A stretch of 59,510 nucleotides of DNA, filler included, from Catajapyx aquilonaris (GCA_000934665.2; 3 parts of 3 records of this genome joined end to end with filler, not necessarily neighbours in it); one strand, 5' to 3'; numbered from the whole stretch's first letter, positions 15,601 through 28,122 are shown. Notes: generated by a model not told the origin, from the sequence alone. Numbers and translations: made by a program.

Positions 15601-18600
15601 ACTTGAGCTTGCGGGGGGTTCCTCGGGTTCAATCGACGACCTCCATTGGCAGAGAGGTGAACGAACACCGTGCTCCACCCTAATCATTTGTCGGGAAAAT
15701 AGAGGATGCCATTGGCAGAGTTTTTTTTGGTTGCCGGGTTTCCAAACGGAACAGAAGAGAGTGTGTACTCATGTCCCGATTGTCGTCATATCGGACGCCA
15801 CTTTGTCCTAGAGGGCTTTTCCGGAGAGCGGAAAGAGGGACAAACAGGACCTGTAATGTCTGATGGATGCATTCAACTCGACAGTGAAGGCACCCAATTA
15901 TTCAGCATGAAAGTTCCATTTTGATTTTGATAGACATTGCTGGATTATTTGTTCATTCGTTCATTCAATGGATTTATCTTATTTAAGTTGGTCTGCCTGC
16001 AGCAACAGCAACTTTTTATAATACTTTTGATGTGTTGAAATGTGTTCGTAATTTTTTTGGGGTCATTTGAGATTATGATGGAGAATTTGTATTTTGGTAG
16101 GCTGCAGGCCGACCACCTTAAATAAATAAAGCCATTGGATATTCATAAATATTACAGATTTTAATGCTGCACTTTTTGGGCTTGAAGTCTACGGTCCTGA
16201 TTTTTTTTAAATCACTTGAACTAGGTGATCCAGCAAACCGCAAAGTGTGTTGGCTCCAGGTCTTGTGCCCTCAGCTGCCCTATTGTGAAGCCGGTAAACG
16301 AGCTGGAAAGCTCCAGCCTGAATGCAGAGTGTCGATTGATTCCAGGATTAGCTCTGTAGCCTGCTGATGGCGACAGTCACACCGCCCTGCCATTGAATAA
16401 CAGGCACTGGCCCTTTTTGTGGGGGCTTGGCCTCCACTCTCCGATATAAGTCAACCCTGTGGGTAAAGCCTCTCAGGGGATTGCCTTGCAAACTAGCCAT
16501 TCGGATTGTGTAGCGTGTGACATCTTTTAAGCTCATGAATCGGAAAAGCTGGTTCTATTTTTAAGAAAATATCTATAAAGGATGCGATACTGCGCGTGTA
16601 CCCTGAGGTAAGGCAAACCCCAGCTGCAGAGTTTGGTAACAAAGTGTTATCTACAGAGGTTTGTTCATGTTGCAAAGTCCATTGCAATCGTCCCTGGCAG
16701 GCACTTGCAAGTTCTATTCAACCCAAATAATTATCTCGGACAACCCACGGTGCTTACTATCTCTCCGCAACAAGCATCTCTTTACTTCCTGCAGGCAAGA
16801 ACACATCTTCTGCAAACCCATTATCCCACTGGCACAAAACGGTGCTAGATTCATCTCACTTGTAATCAATGTACAGCCGGATTACGACTATTAATCCCAC
16901 ACTGCTTTACATGCAATTGCGAAATGAAATTCAGCATTTTGATATCGATGCTTCCAAAATGGTGAGTGGTTTTGCTGTAGGTTTTAGGTCCGTACATCTC
17001 TCCAGCGATATGATCCTAACGAAATAAACGAGGGTTCCTTCCTGGCTCAGCCGTGACGGGAAGGTTTCCCCAAATGGATTCGAGCCGAGATGTGTGTCTC
17101 TCTCTGTTGGAAAAGCCCCTTTGGCTAGATGAGAAATAGATGTGGGAGCCCACGATGGATGTGTCCTTCTGCACAGAGGACACCCCAAGCTTTTGGCAGA
17201 GATGTCCCTCAGGCCGTCCATTGAACTTCGCCTGAAAGAGAGGAGGGGAGGCCTTGTGTCTTTTTTCGACAGTCTTTGCCAAAAATTTTTTGGGGTTCCC
17301 CCTTCCAGCACTGGCCATTGGCTTTTGACAGCTTGCGGGCTACACATTCTTGCACTCAGCTACTGACATCTTGCCAAAGCCCCAAGTGGTGAATTCACTC
17401 TATAGAAACCTGCTCTAGTTTGTATCACATTCCTATGTTACAGACTAATCATTTAATTTAAGCGCTGCAATTAATCGATATACCATCAGCGGTGCAGGTT
17501 TTTTGAGCATATTCGGATAATGCGGTCAAACAGTGTAATATTGGATAGCCAATGCATAACGAGGGAAAGTTCTAAACCAGATCAATATAGCTCTGCCACA
17601 GGAATTTTTATCCGCAGAAAATTCGAGTTTAAAGCCCTAATAACACTATACAAGGCTCGCAGTCTTGTCAAAAAAATTCCATCACAGGATACAAATCTGG
17701 TGAAGGAATAATTAAATGCAGCATCCTTTATGATCCTGCCAACTGTAAAAAAAATACGTTGATTTTTGACTGCTACTTGAGATTGGGAGTGGCACTGCAA
17801 TAATTCTGGTCTGTCTGCGAGTTTGTCAGAGCCCATTTCGCAGTTGCCAAACTTTTAGAGAGTTCCAGTTCCCGACTGAACCATAAATTCCATTTCCCTC
17901 GCTCGCTTCTTGTCAAAGTCCGAAGTGACCAGCAGTACCTGGAGGGGGTCCTAAGCCTGATCCTTAGGACCCACTTGGGCATGTCAGAACTGAGAACTGC
18001 AAGGCCCCTGATGTGGGTTTTCTCCTCAAGACTCTTACCAATTTTATTGCTCTTGTGAAAGTTCAGACTGGACCTTTTCCCCGTGTACAGTATCCTGTAA
18101 CTAGGAGCTGCTGATTTGGATTTGAACTATACGTCAAGTCAATATTGATCTTATCATGATCATGGATAGTAGAACACACACAGGAGTAGAGAAATTATTT
18201 TCACGAGTTTGCATACTCGGTGCTATGTTCATTAATATTTTCACACTGCACTGTACTGATTGTAGTTTCAGGCTGCTAATCTGGGTGGTATCCCGCCATG
18301 GGCCGATACTATAAAACCGGCAGGAACTGCAGTTAAATCGCAGTTTGGACCCGGAATTACTATCCGTTGGTTATAAAATCTTGCAGATACACACGCTTAT
18401 CTGAAGTCGCTTTTTGAAAAATGTTTTGTGGTCTTCAGCTTGCAGGCAGATTCGATTCGGTGTTCAGGCCATCTTCGGTCCGTCTGACCCTCTGTTGGGG
18501 TCACACATCCAGTCAATTTGTGATGCCCTGGACATACCTCACCTGGAGGCTAGGATGGACTCTGAGCCTCACTTCAAGGAGTTTTCCATCAACCTGCATC

Positions 18601-19811
18601 CTACACAGGACCATCTCAACCAGGCTTTCAGAGACCTCATGGTCTTCCTCAATTGGACCAAGGTCGCCATACTTTACGAAGAGGACTTTGGTACGTTTCA
18701 GAAAAAATATGTGAACAAATTAAATATTTATCAAATTTTTCGACTCGTTTCCAGGTTTGATCAAGCTGAGAGATCTAGTCCGCAGCCCGCCTTCCAAAAA
18801 CATGGAAGTGTATATCAGACAAACAAGTCCGGCTAATTACAGATCCACGTTGAGGGACATGAAGAGGAGAGAAATTTTTAACATCATAGTTGACACCAGT
18901 CAGGACAAAATGTACAATTTTTTTCGATCCGTAAGTGCAGTCGGCATTATATAGTTTGCATACAACACAGTAAAACGGCTGCAAATAATGATGCAGTAAT
19001 GATAATTATGAAAGTGTTGCCAAACAAGGTGTAAAATAAATGTTGGAGATAATCTAGCCATAATGAGTAATAAATGGGTTTTGAATTGTACTTGCAGCAC
19101 GAATATCATTACGTTCATGAGGGTCATTATTTGCAGACAGTGTGTACGGTACGCTGGCTATTACGGTGTTTCAAACGTTCCACTAGCTGGCAGTGTTAAT
19201 TACAAACACAGTTCTGCTGGTGTCATTCGGACAAATATATGTCGTAAACATTGTCTCATTTTCTTACAGATTCTTCAGCTTCAAATGAATGACTACAGAT
19301 ACCACTATGTGTTCACAACATTTGTGAGTACATTTTGTTTCCTAATATTTTCCTTAGAACCTAGAGCAATGGAATAAATACATTATGAAAGAGATGCATC
19401 GCAATTTCAGGATCTGGAAGTTTTCGACTTGGAAGACTTCAAGTACAATTCCGTGAACATGACTGCTTTTCGTCTGGTTGATTCGGAACACGCCAAAGTA
19501 CGAAACATCCTTCACGCCATGGAAAGGTTTCAGCCCATCGGACCCAGCATTGTGAATCGATCGGGAATTATTCAGGTGAGGGTTGGACACGAGATGACTC
19601 GATAAACCTGACATTTCCTTCCATTTCGTTTCATCCATTCGATTGCTTTTTTTTCCAGGCCGAGCCAGCTATGGTGTTCGACAGTGTGTTTGCTTTTGCG
19701 AAAGGTCTGGAGTCCCTAGATGGAGGCCATGCCCTACGACCTGGAAACCTCTCATGCGACGACGAGTTGCCTTGGAACGACGGTCTCAGCCTGTACAACT
19801 ACGTCAGTGCT
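6619..19811 (+). CDS. Ionotropic glutamate receptor, kainate-type; 5' part only (signal peptide and amino-terminal domain), truncated by the assembly linker
   Basis: In-frame GT-AG exons 6619-6841 (...VVLANALAPHVLGLPPVIRL-G), 10063-10224 ([52 protein letters not shown]), 18439-18690 (ACRQIRFGVQAIFGPSDPLLGSHIQSICDALDIPHLEAR), 18755-18930, 19270-19323, 19411-19575 (DLEVFDLEDFKYNSVNMTAFRLVD), 19659-19811. All splice phases match. Motifs are typical of insect kainate-receptor ATDs. The start ATG is uncertain (6619, 6634 or 6682). Confidence 0.93.
14616..14691. repeat. 36-bp tandem direct repeat (2 copies) in a receptor intron
   Basis: CGTTTATTATTCTGAATATATAGTTTCTATGTTTGA at 14616 and 14652. Confidence 0.9.
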
Positions 19812-19815
19812 GTGA

Positions 19816-19915
19816 NNNNNNNNNNNNNNNNNNNNNNNNNNNNNNNNNNNNNNNNNNNNTTAATTAATTAANNNNNNNNNNNNNNNNNNNNNNNNNNNNN
19901 NNNNNNNNNNNNNNN
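19816..19915. other. Artificial contig linker (N44-TTAATTAATTAA-N44)
   Basis: Exactly 100 bp, with a six-frame-stop 12-mer at 19860-19871; identical structure at 39653-39752. Confidence 0.97.
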
Positions 19916-20343
19916 GTACACTACTTTTCATTCCCACATTTTTATCTTCAAAAGCTCAAAAAGCCCTTTTTAGGGTGGGGGGAAAGAGAGATTCCCAAGG
20001 GATGGCGCTCTTAAATAGTTTTTAGTCATTTCAGACCCTCTTAAATACCAGACATTTCTCCTGGACAGAGAACAGAGTGCAATTCTGTCCGGACATGTCG
20101 GGTGAATAGCAGAATGTCCTCCATTAGAGGGTGTCTTGACTTTTTCACGCAGTAACCATCCAAATAACATGCTGAACCAAAAAGTGTTTTTTTTTTTTAA
20201 ATTGTTGGATGCTGATGGTGTACCAGTATTGCCCTTGTTTGCTGAATTTATCCCTGAATTGAGGTCCATAAAATTGAACCAGGTGACACACCCTATCTAT
20301 TCAGCAAGCAGGTAAACAGCAATGCTAAGCTAGGATAACTCAC

Positions 20344-21245
20344 CTTTTTAATATGCTGCTATAGAGGGAAAGTACATTTGGATCCTGAGTCTGCTCACTT
20401 ATCACATTTATAAGTTTAAATAGTAAACCTCCAATGGCCTCCACCACTCTACAAGGAAAACCAAATGTATCATAATCTCGGTTAAATTGACTTAAATGAA
20501 GTGACACTTGAAATAACTCAACATGAACAAGTTATAAATGATGAGTTACTTCTTTGCTGTCAGAGCCTTTCTTTTGGCCTTTGCTTCCAGGACTGCCACT
20601 GAGTTGCACTTGACCGTCAACTTCTTCTCAGTCATTTCAGCCACTTGCCATGCTTCAGTCAACTTCTTCTCCAAAACTGCCATCTCTTCTCTCAGCTGTC
20701 CTATATCCTTTTCCATGGTGTCCACCTCTCGAGTCAAGTTCTGGACTTGGTTCCTCAAAGCAAACACATCTACATCTTCTCCTCCTACGTGTGAACGGTG
20801 AAGTTTGATCATGCTTCGCTCATACGCTCTAGCCCGACATTGAGGGCAAGAGCGAGACCTGATAAATGAAAGGGAATAATGGCAGAGCTATACATTGCAA
20901 AGGCATGCGTCATACAATGCAAATAAGGTTATCATCTGCCCAGGTTTATAACCATCAATGTATGTGACCAGTTTTATCTGTGAGTTTTACTGAATTTATT
21001 AATTAGACTGTGCAATGTTTGTGAATTATTGTATTTATACTGACAAATCACATTCAGTTAATTCAATATTGCAATGAAATTCATGATTAAATAAACACAC
21101 AGCTAAGAACAAAAACACTTTTAACACACCTTTCAAGCCACTGAAGCAGACAGGCATGGTGGAAGATGTGCCCACAGCGTATGGTGTACATGTCATCAGA
21201 TTCGTCAGTGAACAGTTCGTAACACAGAATGCAACCCACCCTCAT
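20344..21245 (-). CDS. TRAIP/NOPO-like RING-finger and coiled-coil E3 ubiquitin ligase (3' end uncertain)
   Basis: Exons 21245-21130 (MRVGCILCYELFTDESDDMYTIRCGHIFHHACLLQWLE-R), 20858-20550 (SRSCPQCR followed by a coiled coil) and 20448-20344 (VVEAIGG...QTQDPNVLSLYSSILKR). Phase-2 junctions are consistent. An N-terminal RING followed by a coiled coil is the TRAIP architecture. Further exons may follow. Confidence 0.75.
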
Positions 21246-21367
21246 CGTTGGGCCACTTCTTCTCAAAAGGAGAGGTTTTCTAGATCCCGTTGCCAGCAGC
21301 TGCTGAAACCTCACCAGAAAACAGCAAGGTGCGAATCACACAACTTTCAAGAGACGACAAGAAGGAA

Positions 21368-21561
21368 ATATGCCAAGTCTCTTTTGAACTTTGGACTGGA
21401 ATGTCTGGAAATGCTTCTCTCCCAACCGTGCCTCGGACACATATTTATGTCAACATGAATATTGTGGTGCTCACATTTCTTTAATACAAACTGTGCAGTA
21501 ACATTCATGTGATAAACAAACCTCTGTATTCACAGATTTAAAACGTTGCCCACCTTGCGGA
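21368..21561 (+). pseudogene. Decayed inverted copy of the TRAIP-like RING exons
   Basis: CQVSFELWT (vs CILCYELFT), frameshift, PCLGHIFMST*ILW (vs RCGHIFHHACLLQW; TGA at the Cys position), then after the acceptor TTCACAG (21535) FKT/CPPCG (vs SRSCPQCR). Confidence 0.6.
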
Positions 21562-22144
21562 TATACAGAGCACTAGATAATTTAATGTCGAGGCGGGAAT
21601 GTACAAGGTGTACATTACAAATGGGAAAATGCAAAAAAATAAAGCCATTCCACACCATATAAGCCACGGTCCAAGCAGTTGAGATTATTATTTATGCCTA
21701 AAGTTTTCCTCTTGCCACTGGCCATTGTGTACCATATGTAGCCAACAATCATGCAGGATTAAATGTCTGCAATTATTATTGTTGTATCACGCAACGTTTT
21801 TCAAATACAGAAGGTCGATGATCTGCCTGTCAATCAAGGCGAAAAGGATTTTTGAAAAATACCGTTGAGGAATTGAAGTGCGTACGTAGGATATATCCAG
21901 ATCCCCCAAGGCCAATTGGTCCATTTTACGTCACGAACAAACTTGGGCAATTGTTTGCGTCATACCAATTATTATAACAGCGCAGGGAAAAGGGCCCGGA
22001 CCAAAAAGGCGATAATTATTATTCGAACGGTTTTGGCTGGTTGCGGCCGAGGTTTGGATTTTTTCCCCCCCGTTCAACCTGATATCTGATCGAGTTATGG
22101 AAGAGTGACAATTGAGCAGACCTGACGTAACCAGACGTCCTTCG

Positions 22145-22275
22145 GTCATAAACACGTGCAGAAATGCTTCCTCGATTAAACTACCTGTCAGTCCCCCAAT
22201 AATAATCTGCATTACTCTGACAATCATTTTCCTCATGGTTATGACCTATGACTCATTCCTCTTCAGAGGAAAAAG
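22145..22275. repeat. Diverged ~130-bp direct repeat, copy 1 (upstream of the FPPS-like gene)
   Basis: GTGCAGAAATGCTTCCTCGA-TAAACTA...TTACTCTG-CAAT...TATGACTCATT..TCTTCAGA shared with 25087-25225. Confidence 0.8.
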
Positions 22276-23348
22276 ATACTGTAACAAGTGGCGTTATTCT
22301 TCCAAATATGACTTAGGCCTACGCAATGAGCTTAACATGTCATGAAATACTACTAGTTTTTATATTTGCAGCTTCCTTCACAGGTGTCAAGTGCGCCATG
22401 TCGTGCTGAGCCATTATAAATGAACGCAATAAATTTCTACCACATGTAAGTTATTTGCGAATTATGATTTTTTTTTCTATTTGATTCGTTCGACTGGGAT
22501 ATAACTGTAATCTAACCCTTTATAATCAGTGGTTTTTCTGGATACCTGACGTAGATTGGATTCTCCTCCCAAATGAAGAGGACGTGATCGACCAGTCCCA
22601 TTCCAGCAGTTTCAGCAGATCAACACATCATAAGTTGCAGGTACGCACTAATAATAATTTATTACATATTTACTTGTACTTGTATATACATATCATTTTT
22701 ATTACCTGAAATATTTCCACAAAGGAAACCGACGAGTGCGGATGTAAATTCAGTCTAAATGACTATAAGTCAGTGTCTTATTTTTATGATTTGCGAACTA
22801 CGCGAAAAAAACCAGCCTTGCAAAAAAAGCATTTGGCGAGAATGGATTATACTGTAGGAAGGCTGAAAATCAGTCACAGCTTGATCAAAATTGCATTAGG
22901 AATTCTGGTTTTGAGTGGTATTTTTTTCAGAAAGTTTAGTTACGTAGTAACGAATAACCCATCACTCAAAATGGGGGAAAAGGCATTGCAAGGATTCTTC
23001 ATTATAAAAATAGCATATTCATAATAATTTATGTGACAATGATGTGACAAGGAGGAAGTTTCAGAGATGTTGGGTGAAAGTATTAGTAGCCTATATTCGC
23101 TATACCATGTCAGAGATACGCAATTTTGCAATAATATCTCAAAAGTGACCAAAGTGCTGGTAATTTCATTTCAAGCATGATATGAATGGTAAATAAAATT
23201 AGCTTTTACGTAATAAAACCTGAAGAGACATGTAGCAAAAACCACCTCAGATTTCGCCATTGACATAGGGTATATAATATTTCAATTCGTTCTGCATAAT
23301 ATTCCGATTTGCAGGTTCGGACGGACTTAGTGTGTTGCCATACACTAT

Positions 23349-24750
23349 ATGTGGAACTACCTGATCCACACTTTCTACTACTGGATATTGTCAGCATCAA
23401 ATTTTCTAATCCATCGACGCAATTTGGAGCGCAAAGAGTAAGTTCGGGCGTTGTAAGGTTTGGGATATTTTGCTGACAAAAATTTGAAATTTGAAGCATG
23501 AGTTTGCCAACTGCCAAATCAATCCTGGGAGAAGATCGCCAAAAATACAGATCCATGTTTCCTGAAGTGGCTCACGACTTGAGTCAACTGGTCCAGAACG
23601 GAAGCTTCAATGAGGAGTCTGCATGGCTTCAGAAGATGCTGGAGTATAACCTTCTGGGTGTGAAGATGACAGGAGGAATGATACTTCTGACAGCCTACAG
23701 AATCCTGGTTGACAGCAGCAAACGAGATATGAAACTGGCTCATGTGATGGGCTGGTGTGCAGATCTGGTAAGTGTGTAGCCTACAGAGTAATACACTTCA
23801 TAATAATTATATTGTAACAGTAACACCCGCAAAAAAGTTGCAGGGAAGTATTATGCTGGTGGATGATATGATGGACGGAACAGAGACACGAGGAGGTCAG
23901 CCTTGCTGGTACAAATTGGGTCAGGTGGGTCAAATGGCAGCCAACGACGCTATTTTTCTCAACACTGCAATCTACGCTATGATGAAAAAGCACCACAAAG
24001 GACACCCATATTATCTAGACTGCCTCGAAGTCTTTCACTGGGTAAGTTGGGGACCACATAACATGCATATTGAACATACGGTACATGTTTCTGCAGGCAA
24101 GTTTCAGGTCTAGTGTAGGACAGGCCCTGGACATGCTGACCATTGGTCCAGACTCCAGGCCCAGACTGGAACTGTTCACAGAGGACAACTACTCGGTTCT
24201 GGTGAAGAACAATACAGGATGTGCACTGTTTGTGGCTCCAGTGGCTCTTGCAATGTACATGGCCGGAATCAGGGACAAGCAAGTACACATGCAGGTGGAG
24301 AAAGTGCTTCTGGATATTTCCAGGCGTTTCAAGGCACAAAACGACTTCATGGATTGCTTCGGGGACGTTGAGGTGACTGGGAAGAATGCGAGTGACATCC
24401 AAGGAGGAAAATGCTCTTGGTTGGTGGTCAATGCGCTGAAGATTGCTGATGAGGAACAGAGGAAGGTTTTGCAGGTCAGTCGCAGAAGTGTCAAGATTTT
24501 TCGCACAAAATATTAACTTTCCAAAATTATGTTTCAGGAATGTTATGGAAGTGACGATCCAGTCAAAGTCGCAAAGGTTGTGGACCTCTACGCAAAACTA
24601 GAGCTGCCTCGTTTACATGCAGAGTTTCAAGACAAATCTCGATTGTCCATACTTGAAGATATTGAACACTTGCCTTCCTGGGAGTTGCAAGCATTGTGCA
24701 AGACAGTAATGGACATTATCTACAATGGAAAATGTTCGGGCATTTATTAG
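23349..24750 (+). CDS. Farnesyl diphosphate synthase-like (trans-IDS fold) protein with altered active-site motifs; candidate IDS-type terpene synthase
   Basis: Exons 23349-23437, 23497-23767, 23838-24041, 24097-24474, 24538-24750, giving ~384 aa (354 aa from the ATG at 23498). FPPS landmarks: LEYN, GWC, FARM DDMMD (23862-23876), GQPCWYK, GQALD, SARM NDFMD (24340-24354), CFGD..VTGK..SDIQGGKCSWL. Confidence 0.9.
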
Positions 24751-25086
24751 TGACAGGGCCAAAGAACTATAAGCTCTTTAGATAGGGCATTATGTAGATC
24801 GCTTGTCAATTTTCTGTAGGCCTACTAAAAAATTAAGGGAGCAAAATTGTGCATATTAGACAATCCAAAAAAAAATGTTCTGAAGTTGTCGATGACCATG
24901 CACTTCCTGAGTAGTGTACAGCATGCAGCTTTGTAAATGCAACAAAAAGTACTTCTTAATAAATTAGGCATTTAATAAATAACTCCCACTTAATTAGTTT
25001 TAACATTAAGATAATGTCTCTGGGGACATTTAAAAAATAATTAATAAACACGGAAAAGAAGTGCATACACACGGAAAAACCTTTCT

Positions 25087-25225
25087 GTCATATAAATATG
25101 TGCAGAAATGCTTCCTCGAATAAACTATACCTCTCAGCCCGACAATAATTCGCGTTACTCTGGCAATAACTGAGTATTTGCTGAGTATGACCTTGTATGA
25201 CTCATTTTTCTTCAGATGAAAACAA
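25087..25225. repeat. Diverged ~130-bp direct repeat, copy 2 (downstream of the FPPS-like gene, upstream of COG5)
   Basis: Aligns by eye with 22145-22275. Confidence 0.8.
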
Positions 25226-25520
25226 AATAAAGCCTTTACAGTCGCGTGTTTGGACAGATGATTGTGTTGATGTTCAGATTGTGCTGCTATCAAGTTTTTC
25301 CACAATTTTTTTATTTAAAATATTTAAAAATGCCATTTTGCAACTTTCAAAAAAGTCCCGCTGTTTTTTTGCCCTAAAAATGATGGCAATAGTTAGTCGA
25401 TAGAGTACTTACAACAGATGGAAGATTCCAGTAGTTACCGGTTGTGTCGATACTGACCGTCTGCTGATGTGTCTTATTTTGTTGAACTCGGAACAAAAAT
25501 TTGCAGAGAGAGAAAATAAA

Positions 25521-28122
25521 ATGGGCTCAAAGGCAGGCGAAATGGACCAGGAGGAAGATCCGGCCAAGATCATGGAACAAGATGGTAATAATAATAATAA
25601 TATTAATAAATTTGTGCTAATAAATTTCTTCTTAAAGCGTTGTTCTCCGAGTTCTCCGGGAATGACTTTGATGTGCGGACACATGCAAGCCGGATTCTTC
25701 AGGGCGTCGCGGTCTCCCAGCAGTTGTCCAAATTGTCTACGGGACTGCAGCAGTTGGATTACCTTCTGCACCGTCACGTCTGCTCGCATCATCAGGACCT
25801 TCTGTCGCAAGCCACAGGGATCGGACGGCTTGAGTCCATACTTGCAACAATGCAGACGCACCTCCAATGCCTGCTGTCGTCGGTCGAGAGGCTCAGAGGG
25901 AAAGTGGTGGAGCCGCACCAGAAGATACGCTCGCAGACGCTGATGCTCTCGAGGTTACAGCAGGCGTGCGAGGTCCTCCGGAGGGTCGGAAGGGTCATGT
26001 ACCTCTCGAAAAGGGTGCAGGTTATTGGAAGCGGCGCGGGGGAACTTGCGAAAGCGGCTCAGGCGTTGAACGAACTGGAGCAGCTGTGTGGCGATGCGGA
26101 CTTGAACGGGATCCATGCGGTTGAGGCGGATCATCGTATGGCAAGAGCCAAGAGAAGCGAGGTCGAGAGGCAAGCGCAGGCAATGCTTACGCAGGGAATG
26201 GAATCCAGAAATCATGCTCAGGTCGGAGCCGCACTGCAGGTAAATATGCGATGGTTTACTTATACGCACAAGTCACATATGTAATCTTGCAGGTGTACTA
26301 CAATTTGGATGCACTAGAGCGTATTATCGATTCGACGTTGGATAAACTTGTTAATGACATACGGCGCGGAGTGTGCGACGCTTTGGACGTCCAAAAGTTG
26401 GATCCGCGTCCGGCTTTCGGGCCTGGGACAGCCCCTGGCCGTGCCGCTATTCCTGTACCGGGATCGTCGTCCACGTTACGTTCAACGCTGTGGGCTAGCC
26501 TCGAACGAGTGACGGAGCAGGTGTATGCATATGCGTCGCAAGTACATCTACTGCAGAAATGCCTTGCTAAGCAGGACCAGTCGACGCGAGTTCCATTCGC
26601 ATCACGGATTAAAAACCAGGACGTTTCAGCCGCATTTTGGGATGCTGTTGGGTTGGCAACAACATCCGAATTTAAGCGTGCGGCTGAAGGATCTGGATTT
26701 GTGAAGCAGACGTTGGAAGTCGAGTACCCAAAGTTGCTCCGGCTGTACTCGTCGCTCTGGGAACGTATTAACACATTGCATTCAGGTTCAGACGCCATTC
26801 TGAGAGCAACCTTGGCTCCATTTGAGGAGGCGTACCTCTCGCGTTCCCTCTCCCGGATGCTGGATCCGGTCAACCTGATGTTTTCCGGCGATTCGCTGCC
26901 GACGAAAGAGGAGACTGAAGCCGTAATTAGGACAATCACGAGCGAGCTGAATGTTTCAGGTGCAGACCCGGTCCTTTACGAACATGTCTGCGATAATGTG
27001 TGCAAAGCCGTCCGCCTCTTTGCCACAAGGTGAGCCATCTTGGCTTGCTGCTTGTTGCGTATTAATATTGCATTTCAACATTGCAGGTGCGACCAGTCCC
27101 TGGTGCGAGACAGCGAGGCCAGCCAGGTGATCGGCCCTGCGACTCAGGGTCAGCTTTTGAACGCCAGCATCGCTAATTTGCTCTGGGCATTTCACGGAAG
27201 CCTTTCGAAGGTGGTGGCTTCCGGTGGCGGTGGATCGACACCCATCCCGCCTCCTCCGTCTCTCTCCGAGGCTCTCGACTTGCTCCCTGCCCTCATCCGG
27301 ACTTCGATGCAGCCTCTTCTGTCATCAGTTGGCGACGCCATCGAAGCCATCATTCTCACCATGCACAAGGAGGACTTCTCAGGGTAAGAATCGCTGATAG
27401 GTTAACGAGGCGGTATTTGACTTCCTACATTTGCAGGCCTGCCAAACATGATGGATCGGGAAAGCCTGAATCTCCGTGCTCGCTGTACATGCGTGAGCTT
27501 CAGAGTTTTATTTCGAGGGTATCGTCCGACTATCTCTCCCTCTTCTTGTGCCAGGATATTGTGTTTGAATGGTACGTAGCTTTTGCAGTCTTTTGATTTA
27601 CTTTGTTAATTGATGTTCACTTGCAGTGTGCATCCGCTGGCGTCTCGCTGCCTGGATCTGTTTGTACGTCATGCGTCGCTGGTTCGTCCTCTTGGTGACG
27701 GTGGACGTCTGCGTTTGGCTGCCGATTTTGCCCAGGCTGAGCTTGCAGTCTCGCCTGTGTGTCGCCGCGTGGGTGACCTCGGCATTCCGTACAGAGTTCT
27801 CCGTGCGTTCAAGCCATTGTTGTTTCAAACTCCAGGCCACGTGGTGGAATCCCCTGCCTTGCAAGCCATACCGGCATCGTTGGTGCTTCATCACCTTTTT
27901 TCAAGAGCACCGCCAGATCTACGTTCGCCGCATCAAAGTGCAGGGTGGTCGCTAAGCAGGTATTCGCAATGGCTGGACGACCACCCAAGCGAACGGGAAC
28001 GTCTAATGCTTCTGAAGGGCGCACTGGAGGCATACGTAAAAGACGTGAAGAGTCGACATGGGAAAGAATTCGCCGATGTTTATCCCGTAATGGTAAAGCT
28101 GCTTCAACGAGCTCTTAAATGA
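25521..28122 (+). CDS. COG5: Conserved oligomeric Golgi complex subunit 5
   Basis: Exons 25521-25584, 25638-26239, 26293-27029, 27087-27383, 27437-27571, 27627-28122 with matching phases. Motifs: [99 protein letters not shown] at 28146. Confidence 0.95.

Noticed and set aside
16348..17390. GC-richer intronic stretch with faint DIRS- and LINE-like peptide echoes
   Set aside because: Too decayed to assign without a profile search
19970..20293. Possible fourth exon of the TRAIP-like gene
   Set aside because: Frame-compatible, but needs a ~50-nt intron with a poor acceptor and the peptide has no recognisable similarity
26298..26939. 213-aa antisense ORF (similar ones at 25409-25918 and 36225-36791)
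   Set aside because: Shadow ORFs on the opposite strand of COG5 and RPA34-like exons
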